Below, piece by piece: positions 1 through 12,750 of a stretch of DNA of 40,491 nucleotides (position 1 is the stretch's first letter; every line of letters begins with the position of its first letter). The notes under the pieces were generated by a model. It was not told the DNA's origin, ran no database searches, and saw nothing but the letters and a program-made list of their open reading frames with translations. Position numbers and translations under genes: made by a program. This DNA is from Reclinomonas americana ATCC 50394 (lineage: Eukaryota), in NCBI GenBank assembly GCA_048213135.1, contig PS015604.1:19107-59597 (forward strand). Direction: 5' to 3'.

Positions 1-1051
1 AATGGCATCCACCCACGCACCCACCAATCGTCCCTGCACGCGATGCTCCCCTTTCTCGCGCTCCATCGCCGCCAACACCGCCAACGCCTCACGTGGATGC
101 CGCGAGCCCAGCGTGAGAATCAACAGCATCTGCAACACCACCGACCACACATCGTCCATGAGCGAGGCCGACAAACGCAGCGTCGGATCTCGCAAACACT
201 CCGCAATGCTTCCCTCCAGCAACGCCCGCGCCAACTCCATCACCGTCACCGTCGGACGCACACACTGCGCCACTCCATGCATCGCTCGCCTCCCCGACAA
301 ACAGTACTCCATCTCCACATAGTCATGCTGCGGCAGCAACACACTCGAATTCTCCTCCGCTTCTCTATGNNNNNNNNNNNNNNNNNNNNNNNNNNNNNNN
401 NNNNNNNNNNNNNNNNNNNNNNNNNNNNNNNNNNNNNNNNNNNNNNNNNNNNNNNNNNNNNNNNNNNNNNNNNNNNNNNNNNNNNNNNNNNNNNNNNNNN
501 NNNNNNNNNNNNNNNNNNNNNNNNNNNNNNNNNNNNNNNNNNNNNNNNNNNNNNNNNNNNNNNNNNNNNNNNNNNNNNNNNNNNNNNNNNNNNNNNNNNN
601 NNNNNNNNNNNNNNNNNNNNNNNNNNNNNNNNNNNNNNNNNNNNNNNNNNNNNNNNNNNNNNNNNNNNNNNNNNNNNNNNNNNNNNNNNNNNNNNNNNNN
701 NNNNNNNNNNNNNNNNNNNNNNNNNNNNNNNNNNNNNNNNNNNNNNNNNNNNNNNNNNNNNNNNNNNNNNNNNNNNNNNNNNNNNNNNNNNNNNNNNNNN
801 NNNNNNNNNNNNNNTGCTCCACTCATCACCACCGCATCCACCACCAGTGTCATGACTCGTCGTTGCGCGCGCAGTGGCGTAGTCAGTGTCGTTCCATCGA
901 GACAAGCCATCAGCATCAACTGTGCAAGCGCAAGTGAAGAGCGCACATTGCGTCCGTACATTAGAGATAGTGTGTCGTGGAACGGGTTGCCTCTAAAGGG
1001 CATCATCACCAGCGCGCCACGCACGGCCTTGTGATCGCGCACCGACCACAT
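1..1051 (-). CDS. Hypothetical helical protein, 5' part only; runs off the window start and spans gap 370-814
   Basis: Candidate ATG 1051 (MWSVRDHKA), probable intron, then LMLMACLDG...VVMSGA. After the gap an open frame HREAEENSSVLLPQHDYVEMEY...LVGAWVDAI runs to position 1. No family recognised. Confidence 0.5.
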
Positions 1052-1126
1052 GTTGTGTGAAGGCCTGTGAATGCGGCGAGCACTGTCCGCGACTGTCCCT
1101 CACTGTCCACTCTCTGTTTTTCGACC

Positions 1127-1565
1127 ATGCTGCGACAACTGGCTGCGGTCTTGTTGATTGTGTGCGCAGTAGCGACGCTGGCTGTTGCCAGGCGAAACGG
1201 TGAGTGCGTCGAGGGCGTGTGTGCGTGGGTTTCTGTGTGCAATTTCGTTCACACACACGCACACTCGTTTGCCACACCGTGCGCGCGCTCTCCTGCGTGT
1301 GATGCACTCATGCGAGAGAAGAGTGTGTGTGTGAGAGAGAGGGTGCATCTTCTCTGTATCGACACACATTTTCATGCGATCACGTCATTGTAACACGTGG
1401 CATTTACTTACTCTCTCTCTCGCGTTCACTTTGCAGAGTTTGTCACATGCGGCTCTGTGATCAAGCTGAAGCACGCCAACACGGCCTATCGGCTGCACTC
1501 ACATGAGATCCCGTACGGCAACCAGGGCGGTGCGAGCGGTCAGCAGAGTGTAACTGCTGTCCCCG
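1127..1565 (+). CDS. SDF2: Stromal cell-derived factor 2-like MIR-domain ER protein, exons 1-2
   Basis: Signal peptide MLRQLAAVLLIVCAVATLAVA (exon 1127-1199), GT-AG intron 1200-1436, then EFVTCGSVIKLKH...RLHSHEIPYG...SGQQSVT, the SDF2 first MIR repeat. Phase-1 donor at 1566. Confidence 0.92.
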
Positions 1566-2239
1566 GTGAGTTGAGAGAGAGAGAGAGAGAAGAAGAAGAA
1601 GAAGAAGAAGAAGAAGGAGAACAGTTGAGCAGGCAGTGTGCTTATCTTCTCCTCCTTCCCTCTCTTCTTCCCTCTCACCTGCTCCTTGCGTTCTTTTTNN
1701 NNNNNNNNNNNNNNNNNNNNNNNNNNNNNNNNNNNNNNNNNNNNNNNNNNNNNNNNNNNNNNNNNNNNNNNNNNNNNNNNNNNNNNNNNNNNNNNNNNNN
1801 NNNNNNNNNNNNNNNNNNNNNNNNNNNNNNNNNNNNNNNNNNNNNNNNNNNNNNNNNNNNNNNNNNNNNNNNNNNNNNNNNNNNNNNNNNNNNNNNNNNN
1901 NNNNNNNNNNNNNNNNNNNNNNNNNNNNNNNNNNNNNNNNNNNNNNNNNNNNNNNNNNNNNNNNNNNNNNNNNNNNNNNNNNNNNNNNNNNNNNNNNNNN
2001 NNNNNNNNNNNNNNNNNNNNNNNNNNNNNNNNNNNNNNNNNNNNNNNNNNNNNNNNNNNNNNNNNNNNNNNNNNNNNNNNNNNNNNNNNNNNNNNNNNNN
2101 NNNNNNNNNNNNNNNNNNNNNNNNNNNNNNNNNNNNNNNNNNNNNNNNNNNNNNNNNNNNNNNNNNNNNNNNNNNNNNNNNNNNNNNNNNNNNNNNNNNN
2201 NNNNNNNNNNNNNNNNNNNNNNNNNNNNNNNNNNNNNNN

Positions 2240-2276
2240 GCGACCTCGTGCTGAGCCGACTCAACACGCTCAACAT
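2240..2276 (-). CDS. BCKDHB: First 12 codons of the BCKDHB mitochondrial presequence, on the inverted contig
   Basis: ATG 2276 MLSVLSRLSTRS plus one C. After flipping, C+AC (2893) gives His and continues in frame into TTSSSLRLAASS. Confidence 0.75.
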
Positions 2277-2359
2277 CGTCACCGACAACAAAAACAACGA
2301 GAGAGAGAGAAAGACAAAATTTTGTCTTCATATCAAATGCTTCATGGGTGTGCCTGCCT

Positions 2360-2868
2360 CTACTCGTCCTGATCGGCATCGCCGGCCTCTGCGCCTGCGC
2401 CCTCCGCCTCCTCTCCTGTGCCCTCCTCTGCGGCATAGTCACGCGGAGGGAGATAGACGCCCTCGGCGGCCGACCAGCGATTATCCGACGAGTTCTCCTG
2501 CGCAAAGCACGTGACCTCCTGCTGCCCGCGAATAATCTGAATGTCGTAGCGCACAGTGTGCGAGTGCAGCAGCTGCTGCGTGCCCTCGTGCTTCAGCGTC
2601 ACGGGGTCGTTGCGGCGCCAGAACTTCTTGCCCGTCAACACCTGCACAATCCAGTTGTCCTCGCGATCGCCGACGCCGTTCTCGCCAAAGCACGACACCT
2701 CCTGCTGGTTCGACAGTGGCGAGCGGTGGCTGTGCGAGTGCAGGTTCTTGCGCGTCTGTGTGTGCATCAGGCGGATCAAGGAGCCATTGGCGATCTTCTC
2801 GCCCGCGCGGCAGTACGGGCCGTCGTGCGCTCCCATCACCTGCCAGTACGAACCGACCTCAGTGCCAC
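2360..2868 (-). CDS. SDF2: SDF2-like, exon 3 (MIR repeats 2-3), on an inverted contig
   Basis: gcag acceptor at 2872-2869 in phase 1; SYWQV, IRLMHTQTRKNLHSH-SPLSNQQEVSCFG, RGQQEV, WSAAEGVY; TAG 2362-2360. Confidence 0.9.
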
Positions 2869-2892
2869 CTGCNNNNNNNNNNNNNNNNNNNN

Positions 2893-4791
<1,899 letters not shown>

Positions 4792-4920
4792 CACGTCGTT
4801 GCATCAATGAACGCATGACAAGCGCGTGTTGCCTACTTTGCGTTTTTCACTCACAAAGACAATCTCAATCTTTCATCTGTGTTCTATCGCTCTCACTCAC
4901 TCACTCACTCGTTAGCACTA

Positions 4921-7900
4921 TTATCTGTCGGCTGCGGCCGACGACGACGACGACGACGCTGGCGGTCTCAGGTACTCGGCCAGATCGACAGCCATGTTTG
5001 TCACGTTGCGCTGCAGCACTCGCAAGAAGCCGCGCGATGCCGGTGGTACAATGCCCAGGGCGCGGCAAGCCGCCACGGCTGCCTCCGACATCTCCGCCGA
5101 TGATGACGATGCTGGCGCCGGTAGTGGTGGTGGTGCTGCTGCGGTCGACGAAGTGCCAGTCACTGATGATGGTGGTTGCGACGGTGCGGTGGCCGACAAC
5201 TGGCGCAGAATCTCCAGCAACTCGTCGCCCTGCTGCAAGAAGTGGTACTGGATGATATCGGTGACGTCGCGTAGTCGCTGTGTGCGGGAGAGTGAGTGTA
5301 ACATGCACGCCTCATCTACGCAAGAAACACACACATACCGCAGCCAGCTCCAGCGACCTCCGCCGGTGTTGGAACATGAGCAGCACGACGCCTTCGTTGT
5401 ACAGCTTCGCGTGATGCGCACCCTCATCTGTTCCGCGATACTTTTCATATCCGGCCTCGTTGTAGTACGGTTCACCGTTCAGTACCAGGCCCTGGATGGA
5501 GACCAGGAGCTGCAGTAGGGTGCTGGCCGGCGTCCAACATTCACTCTCGTCCTTGGAGAACCACGTGCCGAGCAAGCTCACTGTCGCACACATCACGTGA
5601 GTTGAGTTGGGGGATAGGAAGGGAGAGCGACGAGCAGTGAGTGGGGGACGTACAACAAACGGTGCCGTCCGTGTACATGTTCGGGTTGACTTTCTCCGAG
5701 TTCACACTGTGATACTTGACTCGAGGCGGACTCTGTGGGTAATCACCAGGCACCGCAATGTCGAACACAAAAATGCCGCCAAAGTACCTGCACATCGACA
5801 AGGTGAGTGTGGCCAGAGCGACTGCACACATGCACACTGTGTGCGCTCACGCAACGGCGTGCCTCGCGGACCAATCATGGCCGCGCGCAGCAGGTCCAAT
5901 CGTGACTCGAACAGTCGCACGTACACACCACCTGCCGTGAAAAGATCGTTCGTGAGCAGCCAGACAGACAGCATCCCATCGCACGTGTGGTAGCACGCAG
6001 CTCGGCAAATCCGACTGCAGCGACGTCAAGTCCTGCTGTAGCCGGCGCATCGTGCTCGACGAGAACTCCTACCAGAGATACTTGTCGATCAGCAACGACA
6101 CGCAAATCGCCGCACACACCCACAAACACGAAAAGGGGCGCAACTGCTGGAGGATCCTGTGCAAACAGGTGGTCCACAGGGGCATCGTCCAGCATCTCAA
6201 ATGTCGGCATCGATTCTCTGCAAACAATCGCCGAGTAAGGATCAACGGTGTTTCATCGAGTTGCAACAAGGCAAAAGACACACCCTCTCGCTTGCATCTC
6301 CCGCAGGCGCGCCATGCTGGTGGCCAAAAACTGCACGACACTCAGATGCTCAGTAACATCCAATCGCCCCATCGCAACGCTCCACCAACGGCTCACCTCC
6401 TGCACTGCGGCCTCCTGTGCGGTGCGCACAGCAGGAGCAGCAGCAGCAGCGGCGGCAGGCACGACACCTCCACCCGGCGGCACGGACACGAGTTGACCGG
6501 CTGGCAGTGGGAACGCCGGTGCAACAGCAGCAGCTGCCGGCTGACCAGCGATTCCCTCCACGAGTCGATCGGCAGGCGCATGCAGTGCACGCAGCAACGA
6601 GTCTTCGTAGAACGGGTTGCCGCCGCGTTGCACTTGCAGAAGCGCAGCCGCTGCAGGACCTACATGACCAAGTTCATCGCATCAGCGACAGACGGAACCC
6701 AACACAATAACAAGGAACTTGATGGCAATGGTCACCTTGCTCCTGCTGCAGTGCATCTTCGATTTCCTCCGACATCTCTCCCTCCGACTGCTCGTCTTGC
6801 GGCGACAGAACAATGCACTCGAACGGAAGAATCTTGGATCTCGTGCCGTCCGACCATATCACGTCCAGCTTGCCGTTCTCCAGACCCACCACTTCACCCG
6901 TCCACTGTCCAGGGGGCGCAGGAGCTCCATTCGCCCCCTCGCCAGCAGTCACTTCCTCGGGCTCCGCAGCAGCGTCTCCATCCCCCTCGCCGACCGCCGC
7001 AGGCTCGCCAGCCGGAGCGCCTGGCGGTGGAGCTGCTGGTTGTGCGCTTGAATCCAACTTTAACACAATGTCTCCGAGACGAATCTGCGGAGGCGTTCAC
7101 GTCAGTGAACTCACTCGCTCACTCATCGCACACACACATGTGCGAGAACAGACCTCATGATCGGCCGACGCCTCAATGTCGTACACGGACACGGTATCCA
7201 CAGGTCCATCCGAGTCGTACGTCAAGCTGCGGCATCAATGAGCGCTACCACCACCATCACTGATGTCTGCACTGATCCATCACACTCACGTGTCGGTTCG
7301 CGCATCGCGATTGTACCACCGCACATTCGCGGTGCGATCGGCGGGATCCACGCTGAGAACGAAACCACACTGACCAGCTGCGACCAAGACGGGGGTGAGG
7401 CAACCAGCACACAACTGCCGTGCAGAGTGGAACGCACGTTGGGCGCCTGGTGCATCGGGATGGCACATCACGAGATCACCAGGGAAGAAGTCCAGATCCG
7501 CCACATCCAGCACCGGGCACAAGTCGATCGCACGGATTCCTCTGCACATCAGTCAGCGACTCGACACCAACATCAACAGAAGAGTGCGGCGTCGACTCCT
7601 CACCGCTCCAGTGCGCCATCCTGCCACACCACATCGACCACGGTGTGCGTCATGGTTACCAGCACACAGCGCTTCACCTGATCCTTGACGGCCGGCCACG
7701 AGAGCGGAACGTTAGCCGAGGATGCCGACGCGCCGGAACCGTCTGACCCTGAGCCACTTGCACCGTTCTTCTCCTCGTCGGCAGGAAACGAATTCTGCAC
7801 CACGGGCGACGCAGCGCGCACCACACGCTCCATCACTCGACATCTGTGTTTCAGCACATCGCTCGAGGCCTTGGCCCGAGACTTGATCGCACGACGCCTC

Positions 7901-9904
7901 GCCAATCGTCGGCGATCCTCACCAGGATCGTCGTCCGACAGCTGGTACTCCTCCGCAGCCACAGGCGCCGATGCAGATGCGGCAATATCACCCGCACTGC
8001 CCTCCCCACCACAGGCCGCCGCAGCCGCCGTCGATGCACTGCCGTCGGCGGCACCACGAGTGCCAGCAGCGGCCTCCTCCGTCAGCTGCTGGATCTCCTC
8101 TGGTGTCTTGGACCACAGTGCCGGTGGCATGTGCACAAGAGCCGTGCTGGCCAGTGCAAAATCGCCCACCTGGAACTTGGTGTGATCGTAGTGCTGCAGC
8201 AATTGCACGAGCTCACTCGAGCAGATAGAGGGTGGCCGGACCACGAGGCCCGAATTCTACAGCACGTGACGGCGACGTCAGTTACGAGAGAAGAAGATGA
8301 GGAGGAGACAACACTCGACAGAGAACATCACCAGTCGAGTGGCGAGCCAGTCGACGTCGACAGAGACCTCCTTGAAGGAGGTGACCACACCCCACCGATG
8401 CAGTCTCTTGAAGCGGCCCTTGCTATACGTGGCATGCTCGCGCAGGTACGATGGATCGCACTTGACGCGACAGCCGGGATAGTACTGCAACTCTTCGCGC
8501 TCCTCGTCGTCCGACGGCACCGAGTCGGTTTCGGGGTTGATGGGAGTGACACGCACGAGATCCGGCGAGCTGATGGCACACTCGGATCCGTCCTTGAAAC
8601 GAAGCGTGATGCGAATCTCACTCTGCACACAACATCAGCTTCGAATAAAAACATGCACAAGACCACATCAAGGAGACGCACGTCCACCACACGGCCGATC
8701 CAGTCACCACGCAGCACAAGACGACCACGATCGTACACCAGCATCGCCTGCAAATGACGTGCATCCACATTCTCGCGAACATCCTCCGCCTCCTCGCCGT
8801 CCTCCTCTGCCTGCTGCTGCTCGCCCTCCTCACCGTCATCATCATCGTCGTCATCATCATCACCAGCACCTCGTCGTGGTCGTCGCCGGCTATTGTCGCC
8901 GCCCGACTCTGACGACGCCGAGTCACTATCCTCCGAGATGCCGACGGCATCTGCTCTTCTCGACCCTCCCTCCTTGGTGCTCGCCAGTTTCTTGGACGGC
9001 GACACAAACTTGACATTGCAGCGCAGCGACACATTGACAACATATCCCATGCGCGACATGCGCGTGTCGGTGGTTCGCGCCACCACATCGCCATTGAGCA
9101 GCGCCCGATCCACCACCTCCAGCTCGTGCAGAGGACATATCAGTGGCACATCGTCCTCATCGTCGTTCTCTTCCTCCTCGTCATCCTCCTCCTCCTCTTC
9201 GTCGTTCTCATCGGGCGGCGGACCCGTCGGCACCCACGTCAGAATGGCGTGATTCTCCGGCAACTGCACAGCCACGGGCGACCACGTGAGCGGCAACACA
9301 CAGCACAAGACAAGAGCTGCGGGCACAACGCGCACCCGAAAATGAGACCGCTCCTCATCCTCCTCATCATCATCATCGCCTTCATCGTCGTCGCTGTGCT
9401 GGTCTTCATCGCCAAACTCGCGGACTCGATCGACAACAGCCTGCAACCGCGGACGTAAGAGAACAGCACAATAACGTGATGACAGGCCCACAATGAAGCG
9501 CACCACATAGCCACGTGCATAGCGCGGCAGCAGCGACTTCAACGCGGAAGCTCGCGGTCTCACCACATCCTCCACGAAAATTCTCTGCGGAGCCACTGCT
9601 GCTACTCCTGCTGCTGCATCAGCGTGCACAGCTGGCACCTCCACAGCACGTGACTGCGCAAGTTGCGAGTGAGCAAAGGGGAGGCCATGTGAAGATGTCG
9701 CACACACGCGCGTGGACGACTTGTGCATCAAAGGAGAGAGAGTGTGTGTGTGTGCGTGTGCGTGTGTGGTGCTGCCGTGAGCACAGTGTGGGGGTGATGT
9801 GAGGAGAGGAAGCAGAGGATGAGTTGCGCCACTTGTCCACTGCGACAATGTGTCTTGTGTGCGTTTCGATGATTGCAGCTCACCGCTGGGGAACGGTTGG
9901 CCAT
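4921..9904 (-). CDS. UBE2O: UBE2O/UBC23-24-like large E2(/E3) ubiquitin-conjugating enzyme; about 16 introns
   Basis: C-terminal UBC domain [51 protein letters not shown] (catalytic Cys), LLQLLVSIQGLVL.EPYYNEAGY. N-terminal blocks DRALLNGDVV, VDVVWQDG, DFFPGDLV, VSVYDI, VIWSDG. TAA 4923-4921. The start (ATG 9904, MANRSPA then intron) is less certain. Confidence 0.9.
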
Positions 9905-10604
9905 GGTGGCACTCTTCACACGCAAGACGACGAGGCTCCGACTGCCGGCGCTGTCTCTGTGCCTCTCGAGATAACGAAGTGAAACTGCTTCGTGGGACAA
10001 CCTCGAACGTCGCGATATATCGTTTCCGGCAACTGCGACACGTTCATCTTCACACCGCTGCGGGCTACAGTCGACGATCTCGCAATGGCTGTTCTGCCAC
10101 TCGTGCCGACCAACAAGCTTGCGAAATGAATGCGTTCATGGAGAAGGGAAAGAGATCAGATCTCGGAGGTCCTCAGGCTCCACGCCCACACTGACCACAG
10201 CAGTTCCTGTGCCTCCAGGGGGTACGCTACTCCATGCAAAGCATGAGCTGGAGCATCCACAGAGCGCGACGGAAACACTTGCCAATGATGCGAGGCTGAA
10301 AACAATGCTCCACTCTCCACTGATGTATCGCCTTCCAGGCCCTAAACCGGGTATGCACTGTCGTTCTTACCTCCAAACATGAACAGAGAGCCACACCAAC
10401 TGTCACGTGGTTCAACGAGTGGCAGAAGAACAGCACAATCAATGGCTGCATCACGTGCAAGAGAACTCGATCACACGAATCCCCTCGCACAGTCCATACT
10501 ACTGCGCTGTGCGACACGACACGGATCTGTGCTGCGTTATCATTTCCTTTGTTTCACTCACTCACACGGTCGCGGCAAGTGAACACAGGAGACAAGCAGC
10601 GCGA

Positions 10605-11303
10605 TCACTGCGCAACACGCATCACAGTCAGTGTGCCAAAGATCGCACGCCGCGCAACGTGATGAATCCCTGACACCGCACCTCTGATGATCCCTTCGAC
10701 AAGCGCGCAAACGAGTTCTGATAGCCGAGCATGACTGTGTACAGAGAGAGTGTGTGAGTGACAGAGTGTGCGAGTGACAGTCGTTGAATGAGGAGAGAAC
10801 GCACATCCACCGGTGGCGCCAATGAGACCGGCCATTGCTGCCGTCTGTCGTCGCAGCGGTCTTCCTGTGAGGGAGAGAGAGGAGAGAGGAGAGGGGAAGT
10901 GAGAAGGCCATGGCAATGACACACCGCGTCTCACACACAGACTCGCACGCGTGCACCACGCAGGCACTCCTCTCTCGTACAAGCGTTCTTCACGCGTGTG
11001 TGTGCGAGTGTGTGAGTGTGCGTGCGTGCGCTTGTGTGTGTGTGAGTTACCTGCCACATAACCAAAGGGTACCGACAACGCCACCACGCCCAGTGCCATG
11101 CCCCTGTTGCAGCACACGCACAGAGAGAGACAGAGGCAGGCATTTGCTCGTTCAGTGCTCACGCACAGAGGAACGCGCACGCGCTCTCTCTCACACACGC
11201 GATGGCACACTCTCTCACACACGCAGACACCTGCTCACCAGTCGCCCGCAGACATGTTGCCCACAATGGTGGCCACTGTCAACGGCTGTCGCGTCTCGCT
11301 CAT
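10605..11303 (-). CDS. Mitochondrial complex I accessory subunit, NUXM / plant 20.9-kDa family (about 77 aa)
   Basis: Exons 11303-11239, 11103-11051, 10864-10805, 10734-10682, probable stop exon 10607-10605. Spliced: MSETRQPLTVATIVGNMSAGDWGMALGVVALSVPFGYVAGRPLRRQTAAMAGLIGATGGFMLGYQNSFARLSKGSSE. Matches the family pattern VVGNF..DY ... GLIG..GGFM.AYQNS.GRL. A short upstream exon from ATG 11370 is possible. Confidence 0.8.
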
Positions 11304-11661
11304 CGCTGCACTCTCTCCGCCACACAAACACAGAATGAAAATCACAATCACCGGTCGACATCGACTTCATCTCAGGCCATCTTCATTCCCTCTCACGCGC
11401 TCCACCTGCTCCCGCAGCACACCACCTTCCTGTCGCACCTGCCGCACGTGCTGCTCCAGAGCTGTGTTAATGCGCAGTCAGCAGACACACAGACAACTTC
11501 GCACTCTCCTCTTGCTCATTCGCTCACCCAGCACTGCATCACGCGTCTCGTATACGCGACGAAGGAGGTGACGTGAAGCAGCTGCCTGCTCTGCGTCGCT
11601 CATGGTGACAATCGAGGCCGCAGAGGACGCGGTGTCCCTTCAATCGTCGATCGCGGATTAG

Positions 11662-12743
11662 ATGAGCGCCCCGAAGCTCACTGTCTGCATCAACGGGTGC
11701 GTCTCTCTCTGTGCGTATGATCCCCATCTAGTCGACACGTATTGACTTGATGCGCAGGTGGCTCGGGGCCACTTGGAAGCATGTGAACAAGTTCACGCAG
11801 TACCACGAGTCACTTGGCCGGCATGCACCGACGCAGATCGCGCCCATGCTGACCAAGTTACACAAGCAGCAGCTCAATGCACTCTCTCTCTGTCTTCGTC
11901 GTTGCTTGCTCTGATCTGTTGGTGCAGTGTGAATCCGCAATTTGCACGCAACGAGGCTCGACGATCGCTCTGGCAGCTGCAGCTGGAGCGACGACAGCGC
12001 AACATTCCGCCCACCACACCACTGCTGTTTCATACACTGAGTGGCAATGGGTTTCATTTGCTGGCGCACCAGCTGCGCGTCATAGACACGATGCCAGAGG
12101 TGTAGTTGCCATCCCTTGCACGCTCGCTCGATCGATGGCTCAGTGTGCTGCTCGTTGCAGTTTGGCGCGTTGCGTAGCAGCATTATCGGCGTGGTGATTG
12201 ACTCGGCACCGCCACTGCCGCAACCGGAGGTGTGGACACGCGGGTTTGTGGGCGCCCTGGTGGCCGGCTGGCTGCCGAACTCGGCCACGGCCAAGGGCCC
12301 CGACCCGTACACGCATCCGGTGCTGTCGCCGCCGACCAACGCCATCATGCACGGCCTCTTTGCCGCGCTCAACTACCCGTCGTACTACTCGGGCATTGTC
12401 AACACTGTCGTCGGCCATCGCACGCCACTGTTGTTCATGTACAGCGACGCCGACCCTCTGGTCGACTACCATCACGTGGAGCGCGTGGCTGCCCTCGCGC
12501 GCGATCTGCACGCGCCTCTTGTTCGCATGGTACCGCCGCCAACGTGCTTCTGTTCACTCGCTTCGCCTGTTGCTCATGGTCATTCGTTTGCAGCACAAGT
12601 TCCACGGCACACCACATGTCGGCCACATGAAAGCCAAGCCCGAAGAGTACACGGAGAACCTCGAACGATTCATCGGCGATTGTCTCGCTCGTCCTCGTCC
12701 TCCTTCGCCTCCTCCTTCGCCTCCACCTCCACCACCTCCATAA
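11662..12743 (+). CDS. TMEM53: TMEM53/DUF829 alpha-beta hydrolase-fold protein; 4 introns
   Basis: MSAPKLTVCING|WLGATWKHVNKF, FHTLSGNG, GVVIDSAP, LFMYSDADPLV, FHGTPHVGHMKAKPEEY; TAA 12741-12743. Start could extend upstream. Confidence 0.85.
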
Positions 12744-12750
12744 AGAGAGC

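Noticed and set aside
2345-2375. SDF2 ends QDE-TAG, suggesting UAG read as Leu to give a QDEL ER-retention signal
   Set aside because: Read-through would add RQAHP so QDEL would not be terminal. TAG also ends the PH gene and RBM18, and no conserved exon needs an in-frame TAG.
1127-2868. SDF2 halves on opposite strands as trans-splicing or gene scrambling
   Set aside because: The block is bounded by N-gaps and flipping it repairs two genes at once; mis-orientation is simpler.
6052-8757. Long plus-strand ORFs (6052-7263, 7846-8757)
   Set aside because: Antisense shadows of GC-rich UBE2O exons with no motif content.
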